A stretch of 64,000 nucleotides of DNA from positions 192,001 to 256,000 of IMG/VR virus record IMGVR_UViG_3300045988_170943, one strand, 5' to 3'. This DNA is from a virus. The position numbers and the translations under genes are program-made. Positions 18,765 to 27,167 of the stretch are shown in pieces; positions within the stretch are counted from its first letter, which is position 1, and each line of letters begins with the position of its first letter. The notes under the pieces are model-generated. The model was not told the origin of the DNA, made no database searches, and saw nothing but the letters and a program-made list of their open reading frames with translations.

Positions 18765-18974
18765 TTTAAACCTGTAGGACGCCACCTGACCTGGAGATAT
18801 GCGCACATCCGCCATGCGCCGTGGATATTGAGTTGATGCCAAGCAAGAAAATCCGCGCCTGCTATTAAGGTGAGGTAACTATTGATTTTTGTGTTTGCAA
18901 AAACGATGCAGATGCTATAAGGTAACCCACGTATCAACTACGTACACCCTCAACACATAGGGAGGCACCCAGGA

Positions 18975-21281
18975 ATGGGCATTCTTCACTCAACCGCTGG
19001 CCGGTCCACCATCGCTATGGCTATGGTCGCACTATCACTGGCAGCCTGCTCCAGCCCGGCCCCTAAGAACAGTGCAACCACAAAGCCAACTGCTAAGGCG
19101 ACAGCCAGCACTAACGACAAGACGAAGGTTAAGAAGGACTCGGCGAAGAACAACCTGGGTAAGAAGTCTGACCCTAAGGGTGCTAACAGTCCCACTGTCC
19201 CTGGTCAGCCTGGTTCTGCCGCCTCCCCTGCCCCGGCTTTCCCGTCACCTGCTGTCAACGGCACCACTGGCACGGTTGTCAGCCCGTTCGGATCATTCAG
19301 TGCTGGCCCGGCCCTGCCTAAGCCGCCAATGCCTGTTCCGTTTGTGAACGTCCCTGGTAACCCCTCAGGTGGCGCCAGTATCGCCATCGCTGACCCCACT
19401 CAGGGTGATGGTGGGCAGGTTGGCTCTGCGGTCACGAACCCGGCCGCCCCGTGGACCCCACCGACCACCACGTACCCGGCGTCATCCAGCAAGGATGAGG
19501 GTGTCACTACTGATGTTCCGCACACTGTGCCGTCACTGGCCCCTGGTGGTACGAGCCAGCCAGATGCGGCAACCCCTGGCGGTAACGACTGGGGTACAGA
19601 CGACCCGTCTGGCATCCCGCCGATCAGCATCCCGGACACTCCTGACCTGCCAGTAAACCCGTCCACTCCTGGTAATGAGGGCGGCAACCAGACTGAGCCC
19701 ACAAACCCGGTGACGCCGGACGTCCCTGTGGCTCCGCCGACCCCTGGTGGGGACCCGGCCGCCCCGGTCAACCCTGGTGGCAACAATGGTGGTGGCGACA
19801 AGCCCGTGACCCCACCGGTGAAGCCCGTCAGCCCAGCACAGCAGGCACGTATCGACGCGGCCCAGAAGGTCCTGTCTGATGCGTCCGCGAAGGTCGTTCA
19901 GGCGAAGACTGACCTGGCCGCCGCGCAGTCTAAGAGTGCCGCCGCCCACAAGACTCTCAACCAGGCCCGTAAGGATCTTGCTGCCGCTAAGGCCCGGCAG
20001 GCTGACGCTATCGCAAACCTGGCGACTGTGCAGGCTGAGGTTGACTCCACCAGCGGCATGGTGAGTATGCGAGCACAGTACGCTGATGCTGCCGCGCGCT
20101 CTCAGTTCTCCAAGGCTGGGGCCATTGACTGGAGTAAGGTCAGTGAGAATGATCGTGCCCGTATCACTGCGTCGATCCTGGCGGCGAAGATCAACTCCTA
20201 CCGTGAGAACATGGGGCTGCCTGCTCTGCCTTCTGTGGAGTCACTGACCGAGTTCTCCCAGGAGTGGTCTACGGCAATGGCTACTGGTAAGGTCGGGTTC
20301 GGGCATGATCGTGCACGCCTGTCCGGGTACCTGGGTAACAAGCCGACTGGTGCTCGCATCACGAACATCAACGAGAATGTGGCGTACACCAACAGCAATA
20401 ACCCGGTGTCCGACGCAAACTACCTGTTCTCCCTGTGGCGCAACAGCGATGAGCATAACAAGAACATGAAGGCTGACGACACGAACGCTATGGGTGTGTC
20501 TGTCGCCTATGATCAGGAGCGGGGCGTGTACGCTACCATGAACATGGTTCGTTTCCAGGGTGGTGACCCGCACGAGAAGGCCACGTTCACTGACGTGTCT
20601 GAGGTTGATGGTAATGTCGCCTGGAACACGAACACGAAGGAGCGTCACCTGCCGTCCGTCACCCCGCAGATCAAGGGTGCTGAGACCAAGGTTGTGAAGG
20701 CTGAGGACCTGCCGAAGCGGGCCACCTCGGAGTTCACTGTCGCTGACATTCAGAAGCCGGTCATTGAGAAGGACATCGCTGACCGCGAGGCGGCTGCTAG
20801 GGTTGATCGCGCTGAGGCTGTCCTGAACCAGGCGAACGCGGATGCAGCCCGCGCTGACACGATTGTCCACAACGCGGAGGACGCCGCCGGGTATGCTGAT
20901 GTGGATGTGCACCACGCCCAGGATGCTCTTGAGGATGCCCAGGGTGAGCAGGCCCAGGCTCAGGCTGCCCTTGACGAGGTGATCGCCAACCCGGTTGAGG
21001 AGCCTGCCGGTGCTCCGGTTGAGGGGGAGTCCCCTGTGGCGGCTGTGTCCGAGGAGAGCCCCATGATGTCAACGGATGTTGAGTCGGAGGCTGTTTCTGA
21101 GGCCTCGGTTGAGGATCACGCTGAGCCGGTCGCTGAGGAGGCTGCACCTACTGAGGAAGTAGCGCCAGTCGATAAGGCTGAGGCTCCGGCTACTGGTGCG
21201 GAGGCACCCCAGGCTGACGCTGACGCTGACGCTGGCGCTGGTGATGTCGAGGCCGCACCTGAGGCACCTGCCGCTAAGTGA
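18975..21281 (+). CDS. Lipoprotein with a long Pro/Thr/Gly-rich linker, a CAP/SCP/PR-1-like domain and an acidic low-complexity C-terminus.
   Basis: Lipobox LSLAAC. CAP-like block YLFSLWRNSDEHNKNM...AMGVSVAYDQERGVYATMNMVRF. C-terminal (AD)n encoded by a GCTGAC hexanucleotide repeat. Confidence 0.55.
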   Translation: MGILHSTAGRSTIAMAMVALSLAACSSPAPKNSATTKPTAKATASTNDKTKVKKDSAKNNLGKKSDPKGANSPTVPGQPGSAASPAPAFPSPAVNGTTGTVVSPFGSFSAGPALPKPPMPVPFVNVPGNPSGGASIAIADPTQGDGGQVGSAVTNPAAPWTPPTTTYPASSSKDEGVTTDVPHTVPSLAPGGTSQPDAATPGGNDWGTDDPSGIPPISIPDTPDLPVNPSTPGNEGGNQTEPTNPVTPDVPVAPPTPGGDPAAPVNPGGNNGGGDKPVTPPVKPVSPAQQARIDAAQKVLSDASAKVVQAKTDLAAAQSKSAAAHKTLNQARKDLAAAKARQADAIANLATVQAEVDSTSGMVSMRAQYADAAARSQFSKAGAIDWSKVSENDRARITASILAAKINSYRENMGLPALPSVESLTEFSQEWSTAMATGKVGFGHDRARLSGYLGNKPTGARITNINENVAYTNSNNPVSDANYLFSLWRNSDEHNKNMKADDTNAMGVSVAYDQERGVYATMNMVRFQGGDPHEKATFTDVSEVDGNVAWNTNTKERHLPSVTPQIKGAETKVVKAEDLPKRATSEFTVADIQKPVIEKDIADREAAARVDRAEAVLNQANADAARADTIVHNAEDAAGYADVDVHHAQDALEDAQGEQAQAQAALDEVIANPVEEPAGAPVEGESPVAAVSEESPMMSTDVESEAVSEASVEDHAEPVAEEAAPTEEVAPVDKAEAPATGAEAPQADADADAGAGDVEAAPEAPAAK

Positions 21282-21339
21282 CACTCCTTCGTGCACTCGT
21301 CATAAGACTCTAGCCTGACGGCACAAGGGTCTCATGTCT

Positions 21340-21384
21340 GGGGCTGGTAGTGGAAAATAACTTCTGCTACCAGCCCCATTTCTG
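21340..21384 (+). terminator. Rho-independent terminator. Stem ggggctggtag / ctaccagcccc, 16-nt loop, then a T-rich tail.
   Basis: Read directly. Follows the stop at 21281. Confidence 0.55.
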
Positions 21385-21505
21385 TGTCTGTGAACCTTGG
21401 GCGCCCTGGCAACAAGGCCTACATGATTCGACTAGGGTGTTATGTGTGATACATCACTGCCGGACGTTTTGGTGGCACGTCCACTACTGCGCTATCATCG
21501 GGTAC

Positions 21506-22210
21506 ATGACCGACATTACCTCTCCTGTCATCGTTAAACCTATCGAGCCGTCCAAGGAGGAGATTCAGTTTCTCCTTCATGCTGTCAATGAGTATGCGGT
21601 CTCGTATGGGACTGCCGGTCTTCAGGAGGTGATGGACTACGTGTTCACTATCCTGTCTGGGCAGATCCCGGAGGCTGTACCTGATCTCCTTGTTCATGAC
21701 TCTGGGGCCATGTCAGTGCTCGGGATCCGTGTCCACACGTTCCTCACCCAGGAGGCGGGCTACTATGCTCGCGTAACCCGCCAGTTCGCGGAAACACTGT
21801 CTAATGCTATCGGCCCTGATGCAAGAGTGCTTGACCCTATGGCTGGTCGGGGACTCCTGGTGAAGGCACTCCAGGAGCAGGGCGTCGAGGTGCTGGGGAC
21901 GGACAACAACTCATGGGGGCTTTCTGATTCCATTGAGGTCATGGATGTCCTGAAGTCCATTAGGGCGCATGGGGGCTGGGCTACACACCTGGTGCTGGCG
22001 TGGCCGCCCTACAATGACAGTGTTGACGTGAAGATCCTTCAGGAGGTGCGCACCAACTTCCCACATCTGAAGGTTGTATACATTGGTGAGGTTGACGGGT
22101 GCACCGGGTCGGAGGGATTCTGGGAGGTCGCCCAGGTATCCGAGTTCGATTCTCCGGTCATGTACGAGACCTTTGGATGCGTGCATGACTATGTGTACCT
22201 GGTGAAGTGA
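21506..22210 (+). CDS. SAM-dependent methyltransferase-like protein with a non-canonical motif IV (AWPPY).
   Basis: VLDPMAGRGLL (motif I-like GxG) and LVLAWPPYN (resembles D/N/SPPY). Start moved from the track's 21350 because that overlaps the terminator hairpin. Confidence 0.3.
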   Translation: MTDITSPVIVKPIEPSKEEIQFLLHAVNEYAVSYGTAGLQEVMDYVFTILSGQIPEAVPDLLVHDSGAMSVLGIRVHTFLTQEAGYYARVTRQFAETLSNAIGPDARVLDPMAGRGLLVKALQEQGVEVLGTDNNSWGLSDSIEVMDVLKSIRAHGGWATHLVLAWPPYNDSVDVKILQEVRTNFPHLKVVYIGEVDGCTGSEGFWEVAQVSEFDSPVMYETFGCVHDYVYLVK

Positions 22211-22343
22211 GACCAGGCCATTTATCGCAGCCTCACTGTGCTCCCGCCACTACCCCCAACCGGTTCCTGTTTAGATAGGGACAGGATGGGGAGGGAGCAC
22301 ACACCGATACGAAGTTAACACCCCCAGAAGAAGGATCCCACCC

Positions 22344-23546
22344 GTGAGTAACAGCAAACGACTCATCATGTGTCACGGACTGCCCGGCTCGGGTAAGTCC
22401 ACGTGGGCTGCCCGCTATGTCGAGGCTAATCCTGGAACGGTTATCGTCAACAAGGACGTGCTGCGCACTGAGGTCGCGGGCGAGAACTACCACCGGGCGG
22501 GGCACGATCCGAGAGTGGAGAAGCGAGTCGCCCAGTTGCAGCGTGAGCGCCTGGAGGCCGCTTTCACTGACCCCAATGTGCTTGTTGTGGTCAGTGATGA
22601 CACGAACCTGGACGCAAAGGATGTGAAGCGCGTGTGGGACCTGGCTGAGGCCCATGGGGTGCAGGTTGAGCACAAGTACCTGGATGTGCCTGTCAGCGTG
22701 TGCAAGGAACGCAACCGCGCTCGTGCGACTGCCGGTGGGCGCCTTGTCCCAGAGAACATGATTGACGCCATGGCCGTGAAGGGCTACGACGAGCCGATCC
22801 ACCTGTTCGGTGACGACGGAGTAGTTGAGCCGGGCCACATCAAGCACTTCATTCGTGATGAGCGCAATGGTCAGGTGATGGCGGTGTCGCACATTCATCA
22901 GGGGAGTGTGGACCTGGATGCGTTCAATCAGGCTGCCGCACTTGCCTACCCGATCCGTGGGCGCTCGGTTGTGATACTGGATGCTGACGGCACCCTATTC
23001 AACAACAAGGACGACTCTAGGCGGTTTCTGAATCGTAGTCGCCCTGACTTCCCTGGGTTCTACCGGTCCATTGCGAACGCCTCAGTGAACCAGAAGGTGT
23101 TGCGGCTGGTTCAGGAGATGCGAGACTGTGACGGCCTGAACATTATCCTGGTGACGGGCCGGTCGAACGACTACGCCAGGGCCTTGATTGACGCCGTGTC
23201 CAGGTCTGGCGCCCCAGTGTCCAGGGTGATCATGAAGCGTGCTGGTGATGCCAGGCCATCTAGTGTCCACAAGGAGGAGGCCCTGAGGTCACTGCGGGGT
23301 GAGGGCCTGGTTGTGGTGCATGCTGTGGATGACCGGGGTAAGGACATCGCCATGTTTGAGCGTAACGGGGTCATGGTGTCCAGGGTTGCTGAGCCGGACA
23401 CTGACGGTGTGGAGCCGGATGTGGACACCATGTATGGTTCTGGAAGGTGTATCCGTTGCGGTCGGCCTTTGTCAGGTGGTGGCAGTATTGGGAGGACCTG
23501 CCGCACAAAGATGGATTCATGGTGGCAGATTGTGACTGGACAGTAA
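22344..23546 (+). CDS. pnkP: Polynucleotide 5'-kinase / 3'-phosphatase (T4 Pnk-like) with a C-terminal Cys-rich tail.
   Basis: P-loop GLPGSGKST in the N-terminal half. HAD phosphatase motif ILDADGTL in the C-terminal half. Tail CIRCGRP...CRTK. GTG start with RBS GAAGGA. Confidence 0.7.
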   Translation: MSNSKRLIMCHGLPGSGKSTWAARYVEANPGTVIVNKDVLRTEVAGENYHRAGHDPRVEKRVAQLQRERLEAAFTDPNVLVVVSDDTNLDAKDVKRVWDLAEAHGVQVEHKYLDVPVSVCKERNRARATAGGRLVPENMIDAMAVKGYDEPIHLFGDDGVVEPGHIKHFIRDERNGQVMAVSHIHQGSVDLDAFNQAAALAYPIRGRSVVILDADGTLFNNKDDSRRFLNRSRPDFPGFYRSIANASVNQKVLRLVQEMRDCDGLNIILVTGRSNDYARALIDAVSRSGAPVSRVIMKRAGDARPSSVHKEEALRSLRGEGLVVVHAVDDRGKDIAMFERNGVMVSRVAEPDTDGVEPDVDTMYGSGRCIRCGRPLSGGGSIGRTCRTKMDSWWQIVTGQ

Positions 23547-23630
23547 GCACTGGCCGCCAGGTGAGGACATTGCATCCTTCTGGCGGTCAGTGCTGTACGC
23601 GACGGGGTGTGGTTGCAAGGATAAGATGAT

Positions 23631-24785
23631 CTACTCAATGACGACTGTGCTCGTGTCCTTAGGGCGGTCGTGGACGTCCCATCCTTCAAACCCAATAGTG
23701 ACATGGTAGTCATATTTCGGCAGGCCAAGTGACTCACGGATCTGGTCGGCCTGTGGGCACGTGGCGACAACATACCATGTCTCCTTCGCGCGACTCCCCC
23801 TCCCTCTGCTGATGGTTCCGATGCCGCCGAGAGTGAAGTCCAAGTCGTGACCCCTGAACGCCTCACGCACCTTGTCAAGTCCGACCTGCTGCATCTCTGA
23901 TGGCCTGACAACAGTGATGTGGCGGCCGCTGTCTCGGTCACGACGGACCCGGTTGTCCGCTAGACGTTTGGCGTTCTCTTCACCGACGTACCGAGCCCAT
24001 GCTTTCAGCCTGGATTCCATGGCCTCATCCGGGAGGGCGACTGATGCGTACTGACCTCCGACATTCATCTCCACTGGTAGGGCGCCTGTCTGTGTCGCGT
24101 TGGGGCCACTGACCTGCTGTTGCGGGAAGTCATCGTAGTCATAGGATCTGCTCTCGTGGTCGAGGACGATTGCCTGTCTGGCAAAACCGTTCAGGGATTC
24201 GTCATCATCTAGCAGCGTGCGCATGATGTCCAGGTTGCTTCCAGCGTCCATGATGTTTGCGTCGCCACCGTAGAATTTCTTGACCTCATCGGCCGTGTGC
24301 ACCCCGTATGCATCCAGGTAGACGCCCGGCTGCCTGGTGGTGACCATGACGTGCGCGATCTGGCTGGTGTCACCAGGGTTGGCCTCCAGGTGTGCATCCA
24401 GCCTGTCACTGGTATCTAGGTCATAGGTGACGAACACGGGACGCCTGGTTGGGTCCTTCCTGATGATGGCTGCCGCGAGGTCCCCACATAGCCCGTTGGC
24501 GAGCGCGTACCGGTTCCTGGGGTCGGCAAGATCTCCGTCACGCATCCTCATTGTGCCCCACAGGCTGGTCGGGACATCCACGAACCTACCTGCCCCACTG
24601 ATACCGCCCGTGGTCGGGGTATGATCAATGGTCTGTGTGAGGTCAGTGCGGAGACCTCTCCTTTTGAGGTCGTTGTACTGGCGAGCCTCTTCCATGGAGG
24701 TGAACTGGGGACCGAACGGACATCGCCCCAGTTTCGCCTCGCACGGGCCGGAGACCCCTTGGGTATTGGTGTGGATGAGTGTCAT
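23631..24785 (-). CDS. Hypothetical protein carrying the shared N-terminal Cys module (GPCEAKLGRCPF...EEA).
   Basis: The N-terminal 45 aa align with the N-termini of ORFs 35579 and 44192. The remainder is unknown. Confidence 0.45.
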   Translation of the reverse strand: MTLIHTNTQGVSGPCEAKLGRCPFGPQFTSMEEARQYNDLKRRGLRTDLTQTIDHTPTTGGISGAGRFVDVPTSLWGTMRMRDGDLADPRNRYALANGLCGDLAAAIIRKDPTRRPVFVTYDLDTSDRLDAHLEANPGDTSQIAHVMVTTRQPGVYLDAYGVHTADEVKKFYGGDANIMDAGSNLDIMRTLLDDDESLNGFARQAIVLDHESRSYDYDDFPQQQVSGPNATQTGALPVEMNVGGQYASVALPDEAMESRLKAWARYVGEENAKRLADNRVRRDRDSGRHITVVRPSEMQQVGLDKVREAFRGHDLDFTLGGIGTISRGRGSRAKETWYVVATCPQADQIRESLGLPKYDYHVTIGFEGWDVHDRPKDTSTVVIE

Positions 24786-25020
24786 AACAGGAATCTCCTT
24801 TAGGTTTCAACCCCTGTTGCTCGCCTCGCAGTCGTGTTGACTTGAGATATATCCTCTCATTGTGGCATTAGTCCTGGACTCTTGTCAACACCCTCAACCA
24901 CCTGGGTGGATACGGAAACTCACGACGTCGCCATAGCTTTTGTTGAACATTCACCTCAGCGATATTTTGTACGATTCACATAATTTTCAGAATGGAGAAG
25001 GAACATTGTCCCAGCAGGAC

Positions 25021-25650
25021 CAGATGCCGGAAGAGGATAGTTTGGCAGATGGCGACACCATTGATAATGTCACCACTGTTGACCTGACAGAGGGGGAGAT
25101 TAGGGAAAGGGCCAATGACCTTCTCAGTATGGCCCAGCAGTTGCACGACCAGTACATCACGAACGCCAAGCGTGAAGCGTCAGTCACAGTGAAGTCGGCA
25201 CAGACTGAGGCTGATTACATGCTCCGGGAGGCCGAGATGAAGGCTGAGCGTATCGTCAACGAGGCTCGGGCGGATGCTGAACGTATCCTGGACAATTTGG
25301 AGACGCGCAAACAGGCCCTTCTGGGGGATGTCGCAAAACTCCAGACGTTCGAGTCTCAGTATCGGAGCAGGTTACTGGCTCTGGTATCTGAGGCTGCTGA
25401 GACACTGGAGGTGGATGCGCTTATTGACAACGACAATGGGGTCGAAGACGGCGGTGGCAATTCTGCTGCTGACTCACCCGTAGCGAAGGACCTGCCAGAC
25501 GGGGAGGATGTTTCGGAGACCGTGCCTCTTGGGGGCGCCCTAAGCGAGATGGACGTGCCTCCTGTCGCCGACTATGTGTCTGCTGACAGTGACTCCGTAG
25601 AGGACGAGGCGGACGGTTCGACGGCAGGTGGTGTTCTCATGGTGGAGTAG
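25021..25650 (+). CDS. DivIVA-like coiled-coil protein. The start is uncertain; the ORF opens at 24940.
   Basis: Helical block AERILDNLETRKQALLGDVAKLQTFESQYRSRLLALVSEAAETLE resembles actinobacterial DivIVA/Wag31 C-terminal coiled-coils. Acidic tail. Confidence 0.35.
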   Translation, partial: QMPEEDSLADGDTIDNVTTVDLTEGEIRERANDLLSMAQQLHDQYITNAKREASVTVKSAQTEADYMLREAEMKAERIVNEARADAERILDNLETRKQALLGDVAKLQTFESQYRSRLLALVSEAAETLEVDALIDNDNGVEDGGGNSAADSPVAKDLPDGEDVSETVPLGGALSEMDVPPVADYVSADSDSVEDEADGSTAGGVLMVE

Positions 25651-25670
25651 TGTTGGCTTTTGTTGGTATT

Positions 25671-25708
25671 CCGGGGTTCAGAATGGTTCCTGAGCCCCGG
25701 TTTTCTTG
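25671..25708 (+). terminator. Rho-independent terminator. Stem ccggggttcag / ctgagccccgg with one mismatch, followed by TTTT.
   Basis: Read directly after the stop at 25650. Confidence 0.5.
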
Positions 25709-25746
25709 CTCCTGGAGGGTTAGGGGTTTCAATGTTCGTGTTGTGC

Positions 25747-25789
25747 TGATATAATAGATGCAAGAGTAAAGGTCAAAGTGACCTTTACT
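25747..25789 (+). promoter_or_regulatory. Extended -10 promoter (TGATATAAT) followed by a perfect palindrome, AGTAAAGGTCA-aag-TGACCTTTACT. The palindrome is a candidate NrtR operator.
   Basis: Palindrome at 25765-25789, about 30 nt before the pncB start. NrtR is encoded as the last gene of the operon. Confidence 0.5.
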
Positions 25790-25821
25790 GGTTCGGGTGA
25801 GATAACGACAGGAAGACAACT

Positions 25822-27126
25822 ATGGAGACTACCGCTTTCCTCACAGACAAGTACGAAGTGACGATGCTCCAAGCCATGCTTCGTGCTGGCCGGGCGGACC
25901 ACAGAGCAGTCTTTGACCTGTTCGCCCGCCGCCTGCCTAAGGGTCGCCGGTACGGGGTCGTTGGTGGAGTCGGCCGCGTCGTCAAGGCGGTCAAGAACTT
26001 CAGGTTCACAAATGAGCAGATCGCCTACCTTGAGGCCGACCCGATCATTGATGAGGCGACAGTCAGATACCTCCGCGACTACAAGTTCCGCGGCATCATC
26101 GTCGGCCAGCCGGAAGGATCCCTGTACTTCCCGAACACCCCCATTCTCACGGTTATTGGCACGTTCGTTGACTGTGTGCTGCTGGAGACGCTGCTGCTGT
26201 CCATCATGAACCACGACAGTGCGGTCATGTCTGCTGCCAGCCGAATGGTGACCGCCGCCGAGGGTATACCCATGATCGAGATGGGATCCAGGCGCACCAG
26301 TGAGACCAGCGCCGTCGCCGCAACCAGGGCCGCCTATATCGCTGGGTTCAATGCGACCAGCAACCTTCAGGCCGGGCACCTGTACCAGATCCCCACGACC
26401 GGGACCAGCGCCCACGCCTACACGCTCGCTTATGGGCCGGACGGTGAGGAGCAGTCCTTCTACGACCAGATGGTAGCGCTCGGCACAGGCACCACGATCC
26501 TGGTTGACACCTACAACATTCCTGAGGGTATCCGGCGAGCCGTCCACGCCGCCAACGCCCTGGGTGCCAGCGGGCCAGGAGGGATCCGCATCGACTCTGG
26601 TGACCTGCATGAGGAGGCCGTCAATGCCAGGACGCTACTAGACTCCTTGGGGGCTATAGACACGAAGATCGTGCTCTCATCTGACATCGACGAGTACACG
26701 ATCTCAGAGATGAAGGAGCGTGGAACACCGGTTGACGCTGTGGGGGCGGGCACTAGGGTTGTCACTGGCTCTGGTGCCCCGACGGCGGAGATGGTGTACA
26801 AGTTGGTGCAGATCAACGATACGCCGGTGTCGAAGCGGGCTGAGGGGAAGGTCTCTACTGGTGGTATCAAGGTCACCTACCGTGAGTTCCATGAGGATGG
26901 GACCATGGCTGGTGAGTTCTTCAAGGTCGGGGCCACTAGCGCCCCGTTCACCAGTGGACAGCACCCCACCCAGGTTCTTCTTGTGGATGGGCAGAGCGGC
27001 TACTTTCACCAGGAGGACATTGAGGTGTCTCGGGCTCGTCACAAGGAGCAGGTTGCGTACCTGCCTGAGAGTGCGCGCCTGATCCTCGCTGGTGATGCCG
27101 CGTTCACCGCTCAGCAGGCAGACTGA
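25822..27126 (+). CDS. pncB: Nicotinate phosphoribosyltransferase.
   Basis: N-terminus LTDKYEVTMLQA and overall NAPRTase-like sequence (SAHAYTLAYG, GIRIDSGD). Confidence 0.8.
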   Translation: METTAFLTDKYEVTMLQAMLRAGRADHRAVFDLFARRLPKGRRYGVVGGVGRVVKAVKNFRFTNEQIAYLEADPIIDEATVRYLRDYKFRGIIVGQPEGSLYFPNTPILTVIGTFVDCVLLETLLLSIMNHDSAVMSAASRMVTAAEGIPMIEMGSRRTSETSAVAATRAAYIAGFNATSNLQAGHLYQIPTTGTSAHAYTLAYGPDGEEQSFYDQMVALGTGTTILVDTYNIPEGIRRAVHAANALGASGPGGIRIDSGDLHEEAVNARTLLDSLGAIDTKIVLSSDIDEYTISEMKERGTPVDAVGAGTRVVTGSGAPTAEMVYKLVQINDTPVSKRAEGKVSTGGIKVTYREFHEDGTMAGEFFKVGATSAPFTSGQHPTQVLLVDGQSGYFHQEDIEVSRARHKEQVAYLPESARLILAGDAAFTAQQAD

Positions 27127-27167
27127 CACACCCCAACCCATAGGATCTGAGAAAAAGAGGTGCAGTT

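Noticed and set aside
21170-21250. GCTGAC tandem repeat as a possible CRISPR or other array.
   Set aside because: Only ~3 in-frame hexanucleotide units inside a CDS, with no spacers. It is a coding microsatellite, not CRISPR. No CRISPR-like repeat-spacer structure was seen anywhere in the window.
21350-21505. Track start of ORF 21350-22210.
   Set aside because: The first 50 codons overlap the terminator hairpin of the upstream gene and translate to Cys/His/Trp-rich nonsense. The start was moved to the ATG at 21506.
23631-24785. RNA ligase partner for the Pnkp in the adjacent gene.
   Set aside because: No KxDG(I) nucleotidyltransferase motif or other ligase signatures were found in this ORF.
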